Below are positions 51,071 to 64,000 of a DNA stretch of 64,000 bases, in pieces. Position 1 is the first letter of the stretch. Every line of letters starts with the position of its first letter. The DNA is taken from contig CM114271.1 of NCBI GenBank assembly GCA_050084515.1, positions 40,982,001-41,046,000 on the forward strand, given 5' to 3'. A program made the position numbers and the translations under genes. The notes under the pieces are model-generated. The model was not told the origin of the DNA, searched no databases, and worked only from the letters and a program-made list of their open reading frames with translations. Source of the DNA: Blasia pusilla (Eukaryota).

Positions 51071-54000
51071 GTCAGCCTAGGTATGGCTGAGCAGAGATGG
51101 ATGCGCGTGTCCTCCATGCCGTCACGTCCACGAGTTGGAGCATTTCCTACAGGGTCTGTATAGGCATTGGCTGGGGGCGAGATAAGGAGAGATATGCCCC
51201 CATGGACTTCCTGGGATGTCGTTCAAGTGGATAGTGCGAAGGCGGCCAGAGCAACACATGTTCATTTTTTGGATGCGGAGCATGGTGTAGGAGGTCAGAG
51301 TGGAGTGGTTGTTGCGGAGGTGGCTAGGGTTGTTACATAGCAACCAAAGCCGGAGGTTGCGTCCTCTCCGAATGAGGTCACGATGAAAACTTGGGAGCCT
51401 GTGATAAGTCTCAAGTTGATAGGAGGAGAGCGATGGCGAGTACATAGGTTTTTTAGAGGGCATGTCAATTGTTTTGCCTTCAATATTCATATGAGAGACT
51501 TGGGTGCGTTGAAGGGTCTCGGGATACAGATTGATTTGGCTAGTGATACTCCGATCTTTCGTCGATCCTACAAGTATTTTGATATGGAGCGAGCCTTGAT
51601 TCGAAGCAGGAGTCACAACTTGTTGGAGGCAGGACTTATGAGGAGTATGCATTTGCCACAGTCATGCCCGCGAAGAAGGATATGTATGACAATTGGACAT
51701 ATAGGCGGATGTGTCAAGATTATCGACCTATCAATCGACACATGAAGTCGGATCGATATGCCATGCCTACTCCTGAGGAGATCTTTGATGCGGTAGGGCA
51801 TGCAAAGATCTTCAGTACTTTAGATCTCTGTGTTGGCTATCATCAACTTCCTATCAGGTTGGAGGACAGGGAGTAGACAACATTTTGGGGTATAGATCGG
51901 TTCGGGAGAGATTGCTTGTATCAGTGGAGGTTCTTATCATTTGGGTATAAGAACGCGCCTGCGGAGTTTCAGAGAGTGATGGATAGGATTCAGGATAGCT
52001 TGGATTTTGTACGGTGTTACATAGATGATATTCTTATCTTCACTTCCACGGTTGAGGAGCATGAGCGACACCTAAAGGAGGTGTTTCGGAGATTGCAGTT
52101 ACATGGACTAAAGTTACATCTAGGCAAGTGCAGATTCTTTCAGGAGCAAATTGAGTACTTGGGACACACCATATACCCAAGTGGGTTAGGTGTTCGGCAG
52201 ACGAAGGTGGAGGCTATTGCACAGATTCCACGCCCTACAGATGTGAGTTGATTCCGAGCGTTTATGGGATTGGCGAACTTCTATCAACGGTATGTCAAGG
52301 ATTTTAGTGCGATCGCGAAGTCTTTGACCTTGCTGACAAGACTTGATCAGATTTGGTTGTGGGGAGATGATCAAGAGCTAGCATTTCAAGAGCTCAAGGA
52401 TACATTGACGTCCTCACCCATTTTACACAGTCCAATTAGGGGTCGCCCATTCCAGTTACATATGGATTGGAGAGTTCGTTGTGGCTTACGTGAGGCAAAG
52501 TATAGCTCCTATGAGGGAGAGTGCTTGGCTGCAATGTGGCATGTGGCACATTTCTCGTGCTATCCATTTGGCAACCCTTTCACACTTATCACTGATCATC
52601 ACCCGTTGAGGTGGTTGATGGAGTCCAACAAGCTTATGCGAAAGGTTGCCATATGTGGTCTATTACTACATGAGTATAAGTTTGAGGTGGTTCATAGGCT
52701 AGGTCGGTTGAACGAGGATGCGGATGGATTGAGTCATAACCCATGTCCGAGTCAAAGACATGACATAGGAGCTTGATGGCACGGAGAGAGTGATGAGGAG
52801 ATGGTGTCCGGTTGGCATGCATCTGCCTATCTTTGTTGGTTGAAAATGGCAGGTCATCCGCCAGTGGTGGGGTCGGATGATGAGTCTTTGGATCCAGAGG
52901 TCACTGAGGAGATGACAGATGGTCGTGATATCCATGACGACGTGGAGGTTATGGAGTTCTTGTGTATTGGCTTCATAGCGAGCACAATGAGTGCTAAGGA
53001 GCAGGATCGGATCCTATAAAGAGTCAAGAGATTCAGGTGGGAGGGGACTCTCATTTTGCGGGTATGGGGAGATGGTAGGATACGAGTGGCACCTCATCCT
53101 TCCCAGCAAGCAGGTGTAGTACGACATGCCTATGAGGATTTGGGGCATTTTGGAGTAAAGCGTACTAACAGCTTACTCCATGTTCAGTATTGGTGGCGCG
53201 GCATGCATACTGGGGTACAACACTTTGTGGTTTAGCGGTGGAGTTTAGACTTCGCCAGACCTTTTCCATTGATGGGGTGTCATCATTGGTACGTGTTGGT
53301 CATGGTGGAGCATTTCTCCAAGTGGATAGAGTTGGTGGCACTATCGGACAAGGCGAGCAAGGGAATAGCTTATGCATTTCTAGATTGTGTGCTTAGTCAC
53401 TTTGGTGCGCCGACGGAGGTGTTGACTGACCAGGGTACCGAGTTGAGGGGAGAGTTTCAATTCAGGCTTTGTGTGATCAGGAGTTGATAGATCACCGCAC
53501 CACGTCCAGATATCATCTTGAGGCGGATGGGTTGGCAGAGAGAGTAGTACAAACGATGAAGAGAGGATTGCACAAGTATGGCTTGCAGCGGGGACAGCTG
53601 AGGGAGTGGGACCTATATTAGCCATGGTTGGCTATGGGTTATTGCTTTAGTCGACAGGCATCCTTGGCGTCATTTTCATCGTGCTTTTTGCTCTTTGGGA
53701 GAGAGCCACATTTGCTTGCAGCTATTTGATGAGACATGGCAAAGGTGTTAGATCTTGATGATCTAGATGTGTGGGTACAAGCGTGTTCTCAGAGGGCAGA
53801 AATTTTTTGTAGAGTTATGCCCATGGCCTCTAAGAACTTAGCTATTGCTCAGCATAGGGATACATTGAGGTACGTGACCATTCGTGGAGGAGGTTATTGT
53901 CCAGGGATTAGGAGGTTTCATCCTAGAGATTATGTGTATTTACAGCAGGCAACACCCACGACGCTAGATATCACTATAGGGCCCACAATCCTACTTGTGC

Positions 54001-54273
54001 GTGAGGTATTACCAACTGTAGTCCTCATGTTGGAGGGACGAGATGGTGTGGTTTGGAAGGATCATGTGCGCAAGTGTGCGCCATGTCACCTTCTAAACAT
54101 GGACGAGATAGTGGATCCGAGCTTGGCAATGATACCTGCATGCTTGAGATATATGTTGTACGGATCTAGGTGGGTGCAGCCACCATGTTGGTACATGATG
54201 GTTGTTCTCAAGAGTGGCATATGTCATGTTTGACCCCCCCCCCCCCCTCCCCCCTCTTGATATAGTTCCCACG

Positions 54274-54545
54274 CATGATTGCACCAAAACGGACATGGAC
54301 ATGGATTCCAAAAAGGTGGGACCCATACTTTTAGGCCATGATGGAAGGCAGAGCAAGGATGAGAGGAGCAATCAGGAAGGAGGAAGTGGGGATGGAGGGA
54401 GGAGGGAGGAAGAAATGGAGGAGTATGGAACACTGAGGCAAGTAAGGGAAATGAGAAAGAAGGGAAAGGTGGGGCCCATACGGACAAGTCCTTCCATAGA
54501 ATAAACATAAATCCACGAATATGGACATGTCCACATGCAACCTTG
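54274..54545. mobile_element. hAT-type MITE (272 bp) inserted in the PHD finger of copy C
   Basis: Perfect 8-bp TSD TTCCCACG (54266-54273 and 54546-54553); imperfect TIR CATGATTGCA / TGCAACCTTG. Removing it rejoins ...LDIVPT to E*WICLRC. Confidence 0.8.
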
Positions 54546-55425
54546 TTCCCACGGAATGATGGATATGTCTGAGATGTGTATAGGGTAGTAGGTCATGTCC
54601 GGGAGATGAGATATTTTCTATCTGGAGTTAGGGGGATCCAACTACCAGCCAAGGGGGCGATTGTGTGATCTCCATATATATATATATATATGAGTTGATT
54701 TTTGTACATGTGTGGATCTACCCTTGTGTGGGGAAGATCGGTATTGTGTGGTATGGATGTGACCAGCGATGTATATTGTGTAGCGATGTGTATGCACACA
54801 AAGCTGTCACATCTGAATAGCTGATAGGCCGAGATTTATCGTGTATAGGCCATAGGAGCCAACGGACTGTCTTGAGTGTAACTTTATTCCGATGTGTTAA
54901 ATGAGGTTGAGAATAGGTTTTTTGTGTCAGGAACGTTATTTTTGACAACTTTCTTGTTGAGATCTTTCACAATCGGGTGACTTTTGTTCACCAAGTCATC
55001 CGCCCTTGGTAACCTGTACGCGTAGGTTACCAGGAGGATAGCTATTTTTAGGGGAAGAACCAAAATGGCTCTTCCCAACCCTACATAAAGGAGGAAGATG
55101 GCTTTCTCAAGCCATCTTTCTCATGTTGGGCTGTTGGAGCACCTCTGTTGTTGTGTGTGGGATCAGATGAGGGTGCTAGCGTCTAGATTTCTTGAGAGCA
55201 CACGATGGACAAGGCTGGGTATGCCGATGTAGATTGAGGAGTGTAGTTTTAGGCCGGGTATGTCATTTTTACTACTCTTTATTTTTGTTGTATGATCTCC
55301 ATGTATATGTATGAGTTGATTTCTGTACATGTGTGTATCTACCTGTGTGTGGAGAAGATCGGTGTTGTGTGGTGTGAATGTGACCAACGATGTATGTTGT
55401 GTAGCGATGTATATACGCACGAAAA

Positions 55426-57079
55426 CATCTCTATTTGACTTTGTCTGCCAATTGATAGGTTGATTGTCTCCACACATCGGCCTATCCGTCCAGTTTTCAT
55501 GCACATCCTTCTTGCATTGGCAAGCATGATAGTGGTAGATACATACTCTCCATGCAATACCTCCACTAGTCCTACTCCAACCAAGTCCTGACAACTACTC
55601 TAAATCAGAGCCCTCTCCATATCATTTTACTTGTAGTGTTATTAGAAGATCGGCATGTTGCTAAACAAGTCAATTGTGATCCCTAGATCCTTCAACGTAC
55701 CCAAGTCATGCATGTTGAATGCAAAACAACTCCAATGACTCTTAAGGAATTGATATATCCGGCGCCAATTTCCTTTTCTCAACTTAGGACCCATATCTAC
55801 CTCCCAAGTCTCCATCTTGACTACTATAGGACTCTCTAGCATGGGTGTTTGTAGTTGCTATGGTACAATCCCATCTCGAACCACAAAATTCAACTACTCT
55901 TCTATAACCGACTCAAAACTCTTATCTCCTCAATCTGCAAGCCCATGTACCACGCTCGGTGTTGTGGTTATCATCTTCCGATGTACGTGAAAAACATCCC
56001 AATGAGTCCAAGGGTGTCTCTCCCAATCATTCATGATGTATCAATCTCCTCAAGTATTGCCCCTAACCACTGCCTCAACGGTCTCGGTAGACCTATTGCA
56101 ACCTCATCTAACGCTACTCAGCTACTCCTAAGTTGATAATCCATGTCAAGAAATTCATGTCCATTGTGTGATCCATGACATAATGTCGAGATACCTCTGA
56201 TAATGATGATATTTTTGTCACTCCTATGGGAAATCCCATCGCTTGCTCTCGCTCATCGGCATTGGGCTCTACCAACCATTCTACTTGATCATCCTAAACC
56301 AAGCCATGATTGGCCTCCTCATAGGCATAGGAGACGGAAAACTAAAAAATGCAAGAAAGGTTGCCCATAGCATGCAATCCTATTGACCATTTTGAACACG
56401 GGAGCAATCATCATGCCACACTCTTTGTGATCGCCACACTAGATCCAAAATAGAATCCACCAACAAATGGGAGGGACGATCTATCCTCGCATACGCCCTC
56501 CTCAAGACCTCATGCAATACCAAGTTGGTCCACCATAGATGCAGGCAATGTGCTCGTGACCCTATACATGCCGTATCCAATAATACTTCACGATCCCTCT
56601 ATGCACGTACCTCATGTGCAAGCATCATCCTCGTGACGTCTGATTTTGGTACATTCTCCAAAATGTAAGCTAGAGAGTGGGATTGGTGTTTAGTCAAGTG
56701 TCTTAATATCCTCGTCATCTTCCAAAATAACCTTGATTGTGTATCACCTAAACCACTACCACGTCCAACACTCGATTGGCCCTAACATAGCCAACCTACA
56801 ATGACCAATTAATGGTCCCTGCCTCATCCAAGTCCTGCGACCCTAACAAAGAAATATCCCTCTACGGACAAGGAAGGAACTCTAGTACCTCTCTACGACC
56901 AACGCAGAGAAAAATTCAGAAAAACAAAGGCGTAACTATGCCACATGTCAAAGTGGGAGGCGATTTGCAACTTCATCACAATCCACGTATAAGTATATGT
57001 GCTCGTGCAGTCCTGCCTGCAAAATAGCATCCAACCCAGTGTTGATCGCTCCAAAGAGATCCGACACTCGAATACCCTC
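55426..57079 (-). pseudogene. Copy D: fragment of the same family (DNMT domain ~56140-57079 plus RT N-terminus)
   Basis: Reverse complement: GIRVSDLFGAINTG; LVIVGWLC*G...SRLFWKM; AYILENVP; AHCLHLWWTNL; EPNADEREQAMGFP; then ETWEVDMGPKL...CFAFNMHDLG and RT ...CGDNQPINWQTKS, cut at 55426 by the terminus of copy C. Confidence 0.85.
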
Positions 57080-58495
57080 GCCTTTCACTTGATGCTTGGC
57101 TCCAAGGACTCAAACCTTGTTTGCCTTTCCTTTGTCCCCACGAGTTGCTACATCCCTTTCTCACCTAAGGCTACTAGGATAGCCTCAAGACACGTACTTT
57201 CCTCGCCTAGTGTTAGTCTGGAGTCTAGTTCCATTGCCAGTTTTGCTACCCTTGCTAGTCTTATAACTAGCTTGTCTAGGTTCCAACTTTGATAGGTCAT
57301 ACCAAGGTCTTTCCTCCTTCGCAATCATGACTAGCTTTGTAGATCCCCGTTTGCGTGGGCGCCACAGACTTAGCTATTCGCAACGCTCTCCCACTTAGCT
57401 AAGTTGAGGTCGTCATCGATTTGAGTTGATCCCCTAGAGACACCATAGATAATCCTTGGTTGATTCCACCAATGCCTTGGGTTTTGGCGTGATCCTTCAT
57501 TGGGCATCCAAGCCTACACCAATCTAATTTATTTTATCTCGGTGTGTCGGATCATACTAAGTACATGACACTTGGACCCCGATTGCGGTAGCAAACTGTG
57601 TCGAGCTCCACCACGATCTCCACCACCTAATCTCGTGATGCCATAACACATACAAGTCTTGCTCCTTTTATAAGTGTATATATATATGTATCCCAATGAA
57701 AATATTCAAAACACATTCATCATTCAAGATATATTTCCCACGCTTTCTTGGAATCATGAAATTTCCAATTTCTTCATACCATGAATGTCATCCTCCAAAG
57801 AAAAATATTGCCAAGAGAAATTGTATAAACCAAGCCATTACACTAAACTTATGCCCCAATTCTAGTGCTACCATCTACCTTCCCTACAATTTTCTACTTC
57901 TAAATTCCTCTAGAAGTTCCCTAATATGAATCTGATTATGTTGTGGTTCTTATGTTCTTTTGCGTAAACTATAACCTTTCCATCCCACTAAGCTCGCCAC
58001 TAAGTAGTTGTTTACTAATTTCCTTCCTCTTTTTACTCTACGTTTGGATTCACATTTCGTATATCTCATGGCTAGCACCCGACTTGACTTCCCGGTTGGC
58101 ATTATGTGGTTATCTTGCTGCCCATCGTGTTTTGTGACTAGTTTTGTGGTATCCTGCCCATCTTAACTACTTATGTGTTCCTTGATTCTCGCCTTAGACT
58201 TTTCACTTGGCTCCAAATTCTCAAACCTTGCTTGCCTTTCCTTTCTTCCCACGAGTAGCTATGCCAATTTCTCGCCTTAGGATAATAGTCTCAATACACA
58301 TCCCCATCTTGCCTAGCATTAGTCTCGTGAAAAATTCCACTACCCTTCTTAGTCTTGCGGATAGTTAGTCTAGGTTCCAACTTTGGTGGGCCATACCAAG
58401 GTCTTTTCTACTTAGACTTGCAATCATGACTCGCTTCCCATGTCCTCGCTAACGTTTAGGGTAGACTAACCATAGACTTAGCTATTTGCGACGCA
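57080..58495. repeat. Pair of ~300-bp diverged direct repeats (57080-57390 and 58200-58495)
   Basis: Shared blocks in the same order, e.g. ctcaaaccttg(t/c)ttgcctttccttt, gtctaggttccaactttg, cataccaaggtcttt, gcaatcatgact, agacttagctatt. Confidence 0.75.
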
Positions 58496-58620
58496 CACAT
58501 TAAGATTAACCCATGGATGGCATACTTTTTCTATTTAACATTCTCATCCCCTTCAAGCATCAACCCAAGAATTTATATCTTGTCTATTCCTTTCTATTGT
58601 TAATAATACCCACATTCTAG

Positions 58621-59114
58621 TTTTCGTACGCATACACTTTGCGATACAATATACATCGTTGTCAATCAATACACACACAAACACACAAAATACCATACCA
58701 ACTCATGGCATCTAAACATCAAGAAGACCAAATATTAAAATACCTCCAATAACTTCGACACCTCAAGATTCAACAATGAGAGAATAGGTTCCAAAGTTCT
58801 CTCTCCTTGGATATACCCCCTTCCCTCTCCCAAACTCTCTCCATGGTAACTTATGCTCGTAAGTCACCTCCTTAGTTCTTGATGTGTTGTAGGGGGTTAA
58901 GGGCCACTTCCCAAAAAGTCAACTCTACGTCTAACTATAACTTACCCAAACTAGTGAGTTTCTTTATATAGCTCCAAATAAGCTAAAACAAAGGGGAAAC
59001 CTATACTCTCAGTTTACTCAAAGCCTCAACAAGTCACCCTTAACCTCCTAAAGTTGTTCTCCAATAACCTCAAAGATGCTCTACCAAAACGTGTTAATCT
59101 ATCATAAAAGACGT
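58621..59114 (-). repeat. Isolated terminal repeat of the copy A subfamily in permuted order mid-B-A'
   Basis: Reverse complement aligns to ~29531-29990 (mid and partial B, only a short GA run), then ttattggagg...gatgccatgagtt...cgatgtatattgt...gcgtacgAAAA (A'). Confidence 0.72.
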
Positions 59115-59137
59115 GAGAAGGTACTCTTTCTAAAGGG

Positions 59138-59440
59138 GTCCCTGATTATACCTATTCTGTGGATAAACTCTCTGCCATAAATCTTCAATTCCAATCTAGT
59201 AAATAACGATTGTGGTGCGCTTTATGCTCCCCTCAACATTGATCGCATCTACTTCTCATTTTACCAACTCTTTCAAAGAAGTTAAAGTTTTTGGTGTCCC
59301 AATTGGCTTCATAGGCTATATATCCAAGTTCTTAGAGGAGATCCTTTTGAAAGACATAGAACATCTTCATCTATAAACCTCCTCTAGGATATCCCTAACT
59401 TTCTAATGGGATTCTCTTCTAATACTTTCTCTAAACCCTA
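59138..59440 (+). pseudogene. Non-LTR retrotransposon (CRE-like) RT C-terminal relic
   Basis: LSAINLQFQSSK*RLW...VKVFGVPIGFIGYISKFLEEILLKDIEHL...LGYP*LSNGIL resembles the GLxLQxxKC..W / GIxVLGxPIG / LGDPQ pattern. Confidence 0.5.
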
Positions 59441-60567
59441 AACCCTTACATTCCTCCAACTTCTTTATACTTTTCCTCCCATCTTAAAGTTCTTACATCA
59501 ATTGGCCTCTCTCGTCATTTCATAACACCTGGTCAACTTTTTCATTTTAACACTTTTGATGGAGACGATGGTGTTTTGACTTCACAACAAACTTTCTTAC
59601 TTAGTACCTTCTCATCGGTTCACTTTTGACCAATAATTAGGACCTGTACTGGTTTATGATCATTTTCTTCTCACATTTCTTTCTCCATTTCTTGGCTTTC
59701 TTTTTCCTCTCTTGAAGTTCATGTTTATAATAAAGTAAAAAACATTATGAAAATTTATTTCACATCCTATGACAATTGTACTACGCGACCATTTATACTA
59801 ATAATATATTATATTACCTTAAATTATTAATAATTATATTTCCGATAAATCTGACATTTTATTATGCGGAAATGTTTTTCAACTTATTATGTCTTTCCCT
59901 AAATCAATGAATGATAAACGTTTAGGGTAATCTTGTCCAAACATATTAATGGCAACCAGTATGGAAAATTACAGCTATTTCTTAGATATGCACTAAGTTT
60001 GCTGATCAGAATCCGGCGGTTGCACATCATTTGATCTGGGCTCAGGTTATGGGATGAAAATTCTCTAGTTCCACTCACGGGACGTTTTCAGGTTCCATTT
60101 GCCTACCTCCAGATACGTGGGATGGGATATCTGCATTTATCAGCAACACAATTGCCAGGGTTCCACTATTACTACAGTGGAACCCCACCCGCCTAGACCT
60201 TGAATTGCATTTTTGTCTGAAGTGGGATTTATGCTGTTATCTATCAACATTCCAGCATGGATACCTAGCTCGTGTTCGGCGGTGCTTCCTTTTGATTACT
60301 TGGCATTACTTTGCATTAGTCTGTATGAGAGGCTGAAAACAAGAAATAACTGCAGTTCCATCAATAAGCAGAAACTGACGAGAGAGAGACCAGAAGGATG
60401 ATATGATGATTGAATCAGGTTGTTCCAAGCACTCTTACCAGAATTCATCATCTTGACTGCCAGCCGAGTGATCAAATTGCTCTGAATGAATACAAGGTAC
60501 AGAGGAGATAAATGACCAAAACTGAGAGGACGAAGGCCCATATAAGTCATAATCTCTATTTCTATGT

Positions 60568-63500
60568 CTAAAATGCTCTTTTCGATCTAACCGGGGCCTT
60601 CCGCACCTCCCTCTTAGGACTTGGGGCCGAAGCACTGGAACCAGCAATCAATTGGTAACCATCCTTCAACCTGAAAAAATGACCCAAGCTCAGGAAAATA
60701 GAATAAAAAAAGAGAAGCCAAGCTAACTGTTTATCACAGCTGCAGAGTGTGCGACCAAGATAGATGAGCGCATGAGGAAACAAACTTACTTTGGCATACT
60801 TGCGAAGATTGCAATAACTGCAACACCCACCACGATGGGAAGCACTGGCGCAGGTGTCAAATCCTAGTCACCACACCAGTACTTATCAGCAGTTTTCGAA
60901 TTCCAAACTCTCCCCATACAGGCTAGGCTAAAATGAATCTTATTCTATCAAACACATAAGCTTCAGACAGATTCCAGAAGGCTGTGTTTGCACTCTAGAA
61001 ATAAAAGATCTTCTTGACCTCATAATTCAATATCTAGTCCTCTAAACAGAACCAATAATTTGCTGAACTGGTTTTTGAAGATCACCTGACTGTGCAGTTT
61101 CTCCTTGGCAGTAAATGAGAGTGGTCCCAAGTGGACATGACTTCTTGATTCCAAATCTAATTCCAACACGTCTGATGTAAATTTGTGGGTCCGCTCAGAC
61201 AGGCCAAGTACTAGCCGGACAGTGTAAGTTCCTCTGTGTAGGCCCTTCACTTCGAAGAAATAAGACAGTGGTAAGGAAACACTGTCTTCTACTTTCACTG
61301 GTTCAGTTGTTGATACAAACTCCACCCTGAGGTGTGGTTGCCACATCGCTAGGTTGTCACCTTCAACAGTTCCCGTCACAATGGTGGTTGGAGCTTCATC
61401 AAACACCACAAAGTTTACCCCAAAGGTATCATTGTCAATGACCTGCAAGATGATGAATTAGTTTTCCATTGCTGTTTATTAAGTTCCTTTTCTCTAATTC
61501 CAAAACGGATTATTAGTAACTTCATGATATACTATACATCAATTTACACCTGTATCACATGGACTACTTCAAAGAAATAGTAATTGCCCTCGATATACAA
61601 CCCTGAAACCTAGTTTTCATTGGAAATAGCTCTAACTGCTCAACTGCACTTTCTTCTGTCAGCTCAAACTAATGAATCTAGTTCTCCATATGGCAGATCT
61701 TCAACAATTATATCTATGAAAGGTTTACAGACTAGTGAAAGTAATACAACTTTGTATAACATCTCGGTAATCTACACAGTTAGCTTGCCTCAAATGGAGA
61801 TCCAACTTGCTCTATCGACAACTCCCTCCTTACCTTGATTACAACTGAAGGTGGAGAAGCTCTCTCAATTTTCACAGTGCTGTCTTCTTTCAAAACAGTC
61901 TTGATGCTGTAGCTAGTATTAGGTAAGAGTCCCCTTAACCGATACTTCCCATCAGCATCAGTGATGGTTTCCTCATAGTAGCCTCTTTCTGAGCGTGCTT
62001 CCAACGATATTCCCTCCTCAGGTCTCCCGGATAGAGATGTAACAATTCCAATAGCACTGCACTTTGAAGGACGAAATAGCATGCTTAAAGACCGAGGGAA
62101 AACTGAAACATTAAGGTCTGAAACAGTCCCTGTTAAGTGCAACCCACATACCAAAGTGGATTCAAAATCATACCTCACAAAGAAAACTGCTTGAACTGGT
62201 AACTTCCATAGTATATGCCAGTGAAACAAGAATGCAGCCTCCTTTTACCTGTAAGCCATTCGTTGTGCAGTAAACATAACCTCCTTGAGTTCTCCTGAGC
62301 CCACTTCAATTGCTTGAGCTGCTGGTGAGAATGAATATTCCTGCATGTGAAGATATTTTATGAAGCAAAATAATTGCCTTGCAGACTTATCATTCCTGAT
62401 ACCGCACCCTGAGACTAAATTGACAGTGATGCTATCCTCTACTCTATTACTTGTCTAAGATCCCTTCACTGCAGTGATGTTTAGCACCCGAGGGGAGAAA
62501 ACGTGAGGTGCACAATTGTGTATGCCCACCTTCAGCAGAGGGCGGAGATAGAAGCTCCCAGGAAATAGATTTTCAAAAGTAAAGACTCCCCCAGGTCCTG
62601 TTCCAGCATTCTTTCGATAATTATCATCACCACTGAGAGAAAGCAAAACAGCTGGCAGAGACTCCTCTGCACCCTCTCCTGGAAGAATTTTCACAACGAT
62701 CTGACCCAGTTTCTGGCAAGAGAATGTGTTTTCTCCTATTGACTTCAAGTAAAATCCTGCCTGTTCAAAACAAACCTCACCAGGTCAAGAAGTGCTTTCC
62801 AAATCTTAGCTGGAGTACACAGCATCACATGCTGACAACTTCAAAGCGACAATCCTTAAACTGATGAAGTTTGAATACTACACTAAGCATCCCACACGCA
62901 CACAAAGTATAAAAGGATAAGATCAATCTTAACCACTCTGTTTGGAATGGCAAGAGGCAGAACAGATCAGAGAAAAGGAAGCAGGAAAGGATGTGTAAGT
63001 GCTCCCACCTTCTCAGCCAGTACCACATATGCTGTATCATCATAGAGAGGTCCAGCTGAGAATGTTCCATCATCTCCAGTTACAGTCCACAGGGCTATTT
63101 CTCCCGACTTCAGACGACCCACAGCACTATCCTTCTCAGGAAGTACAGTGATATTCACTCCCGCAAGAGCAGGAACCACAGATCCTGTGATATACACTCC
63201 TGGACGACCATTGAACGCTGGAATCTCTGCTTGGCATCCATCTGTCTCCACATGAAACTGTACAAGCATCCCCAATTAGGAAATTTAAAACACCGCCAAA
63301 ATAATAAATCCGTGGCTGCAGCAAAACACTTCTCTCTTGGGAGCACCCAGTCAAGTTAAATAGAAGTAACAATACCTTCTGATCTCTGGGATAGAAGAGC
63401 ACTTTTTCTGCTACATTTCCTCCCACTTGCTCCAAACCAGAATCTTGAGACAGCTCTCTGCCCAAAAGTACAAGCACTTCAGGATCTCAGGTTTTCCTGT

Positions 63501-63861
63501 AGTGCATTTGAGGAGTTTCCAACAAAGAGAAGGAAAAAATAACTCCAATATTCTAATTTTGACAAATTTTAGATGAGGTGAGGTGAACATACCCAACATG
63601 CCTTGGCACAAAAAGCAATTTGTCTCCAAGCTGCGCCCAATGAGCATATTTGTATACTGCTACTGGATGAGTTTCATTGGCTTCCGATACAAGATGTGCA
63701 TGGAGTTTGTGAGCAACCAAAACATCCTCCCCTTGCCATATGTCCACAAATATACACTCTGCGATGTTGTTTGCTTTAGGATATAGCTTCGAATCGATGT
63801 TTAGATACCCTGTCAACACATACTTTTGCCCGACAAGTTGCAGTGGCTGCCATACCAAAGT
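60568..63861 (-). CDS. NOMO: Nodal modulator (NOMO)-like ER type I membrane protein, last 8 exons: 63861-63593, 63457-63376, 63257-63009, 62760-62530, 62340-62249, 62056-61834, 61442-61086, 60863-60790, plus terminal exon 60670-60568; 5' part lies beyond the window
   Basis: All junctions GT-AG and phase-consistent. Motifs KVLFYP, AGPLYDD, VLLSLSGDDNYR, LFPGSFYLRPLLKEYSFSP, EETITDADGKYRLRGLLP; TM segment APVLPIVVGVAVIAIFASMP followed by a basic tail. Confidence 0.92.
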
Positions 63862-64000
63862 CTATAAATGTAAGAAAGCATGCCAAGGTAAACTGTCTGG
63901 TCCTTCTAGTATAGTATGTGCACAATATATAGACATGTAATTCACAGAAATAGCTTCAACGCTACTTTAATCTGAGATATTCCCTCTGATAAACAGACTG

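Larger units (their letters stand above)
32719..55425 (+). mobile_element. Copy C (outer element of the nest): DNMT-PHD Gypsy interrupted by copy B, Copia, a solo LTR and a MITE
   Basis: 5' repeat B 32719-32936 matches 55072-55286. gag starts ~46638 (GGVTQSGVRY) and resumes at 48079. Protease appears deleted (~49990). DNMT 50149-51070; RT ~51640-52250; INT ~53080-53870; PHD to stop 54583; PPT 54651-54660; A 54662-54799; A' 55289-55421 plus AAAA. Confidence 0.78.

Noticed and set aside
60158-60196. 10-bp perfect hairpin followed by CTAG (Helitron-like 3' end)
   Set aside because: Followed by A rather than T, and no 5' terminus or Rep/helicase relic was found.

Overview
Repeat-rich eukaryotic window, most likely a bryophyte/moss-like plant (inferred from GT-AG intron genes and the TE types; species not determined). 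Two spliced host genes flank a block of nested TEs: a complete 5-exon Pho88/SND3-family gene (13054-15076, +) and the last 8 exons of a NOMO/nodal-modulator gene (60568-63861, -). Ordinary TEs include a full-length chromovirus (3880-11197, -, 1020-bp LTRs, ATGGT TSD), a 5'-truncated Copia, a solo LTR, a hAT MITE, and CACTA and non-LTR relics. The main result is a Ty3/Gypsy family present as four decayed copies plus fragments. Its polyprotein runs gag - Zn knuckle - protease - DNMT3-like C5 cytosine methyltransferase - RT - RNase H - integrase - PHD finger. Its ends are not normal LTRs: they are split/permuted repeats (B ... ORF ... PPT-A-mid-B-A'). Three separate copies stop at the same conserved CGATGT-CGATGT-CGCACG-AAAA motif, and no tRNA PBS is recognisable. 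All protein calls are by-eye translation and motif recognition; no searches or alignments were run.
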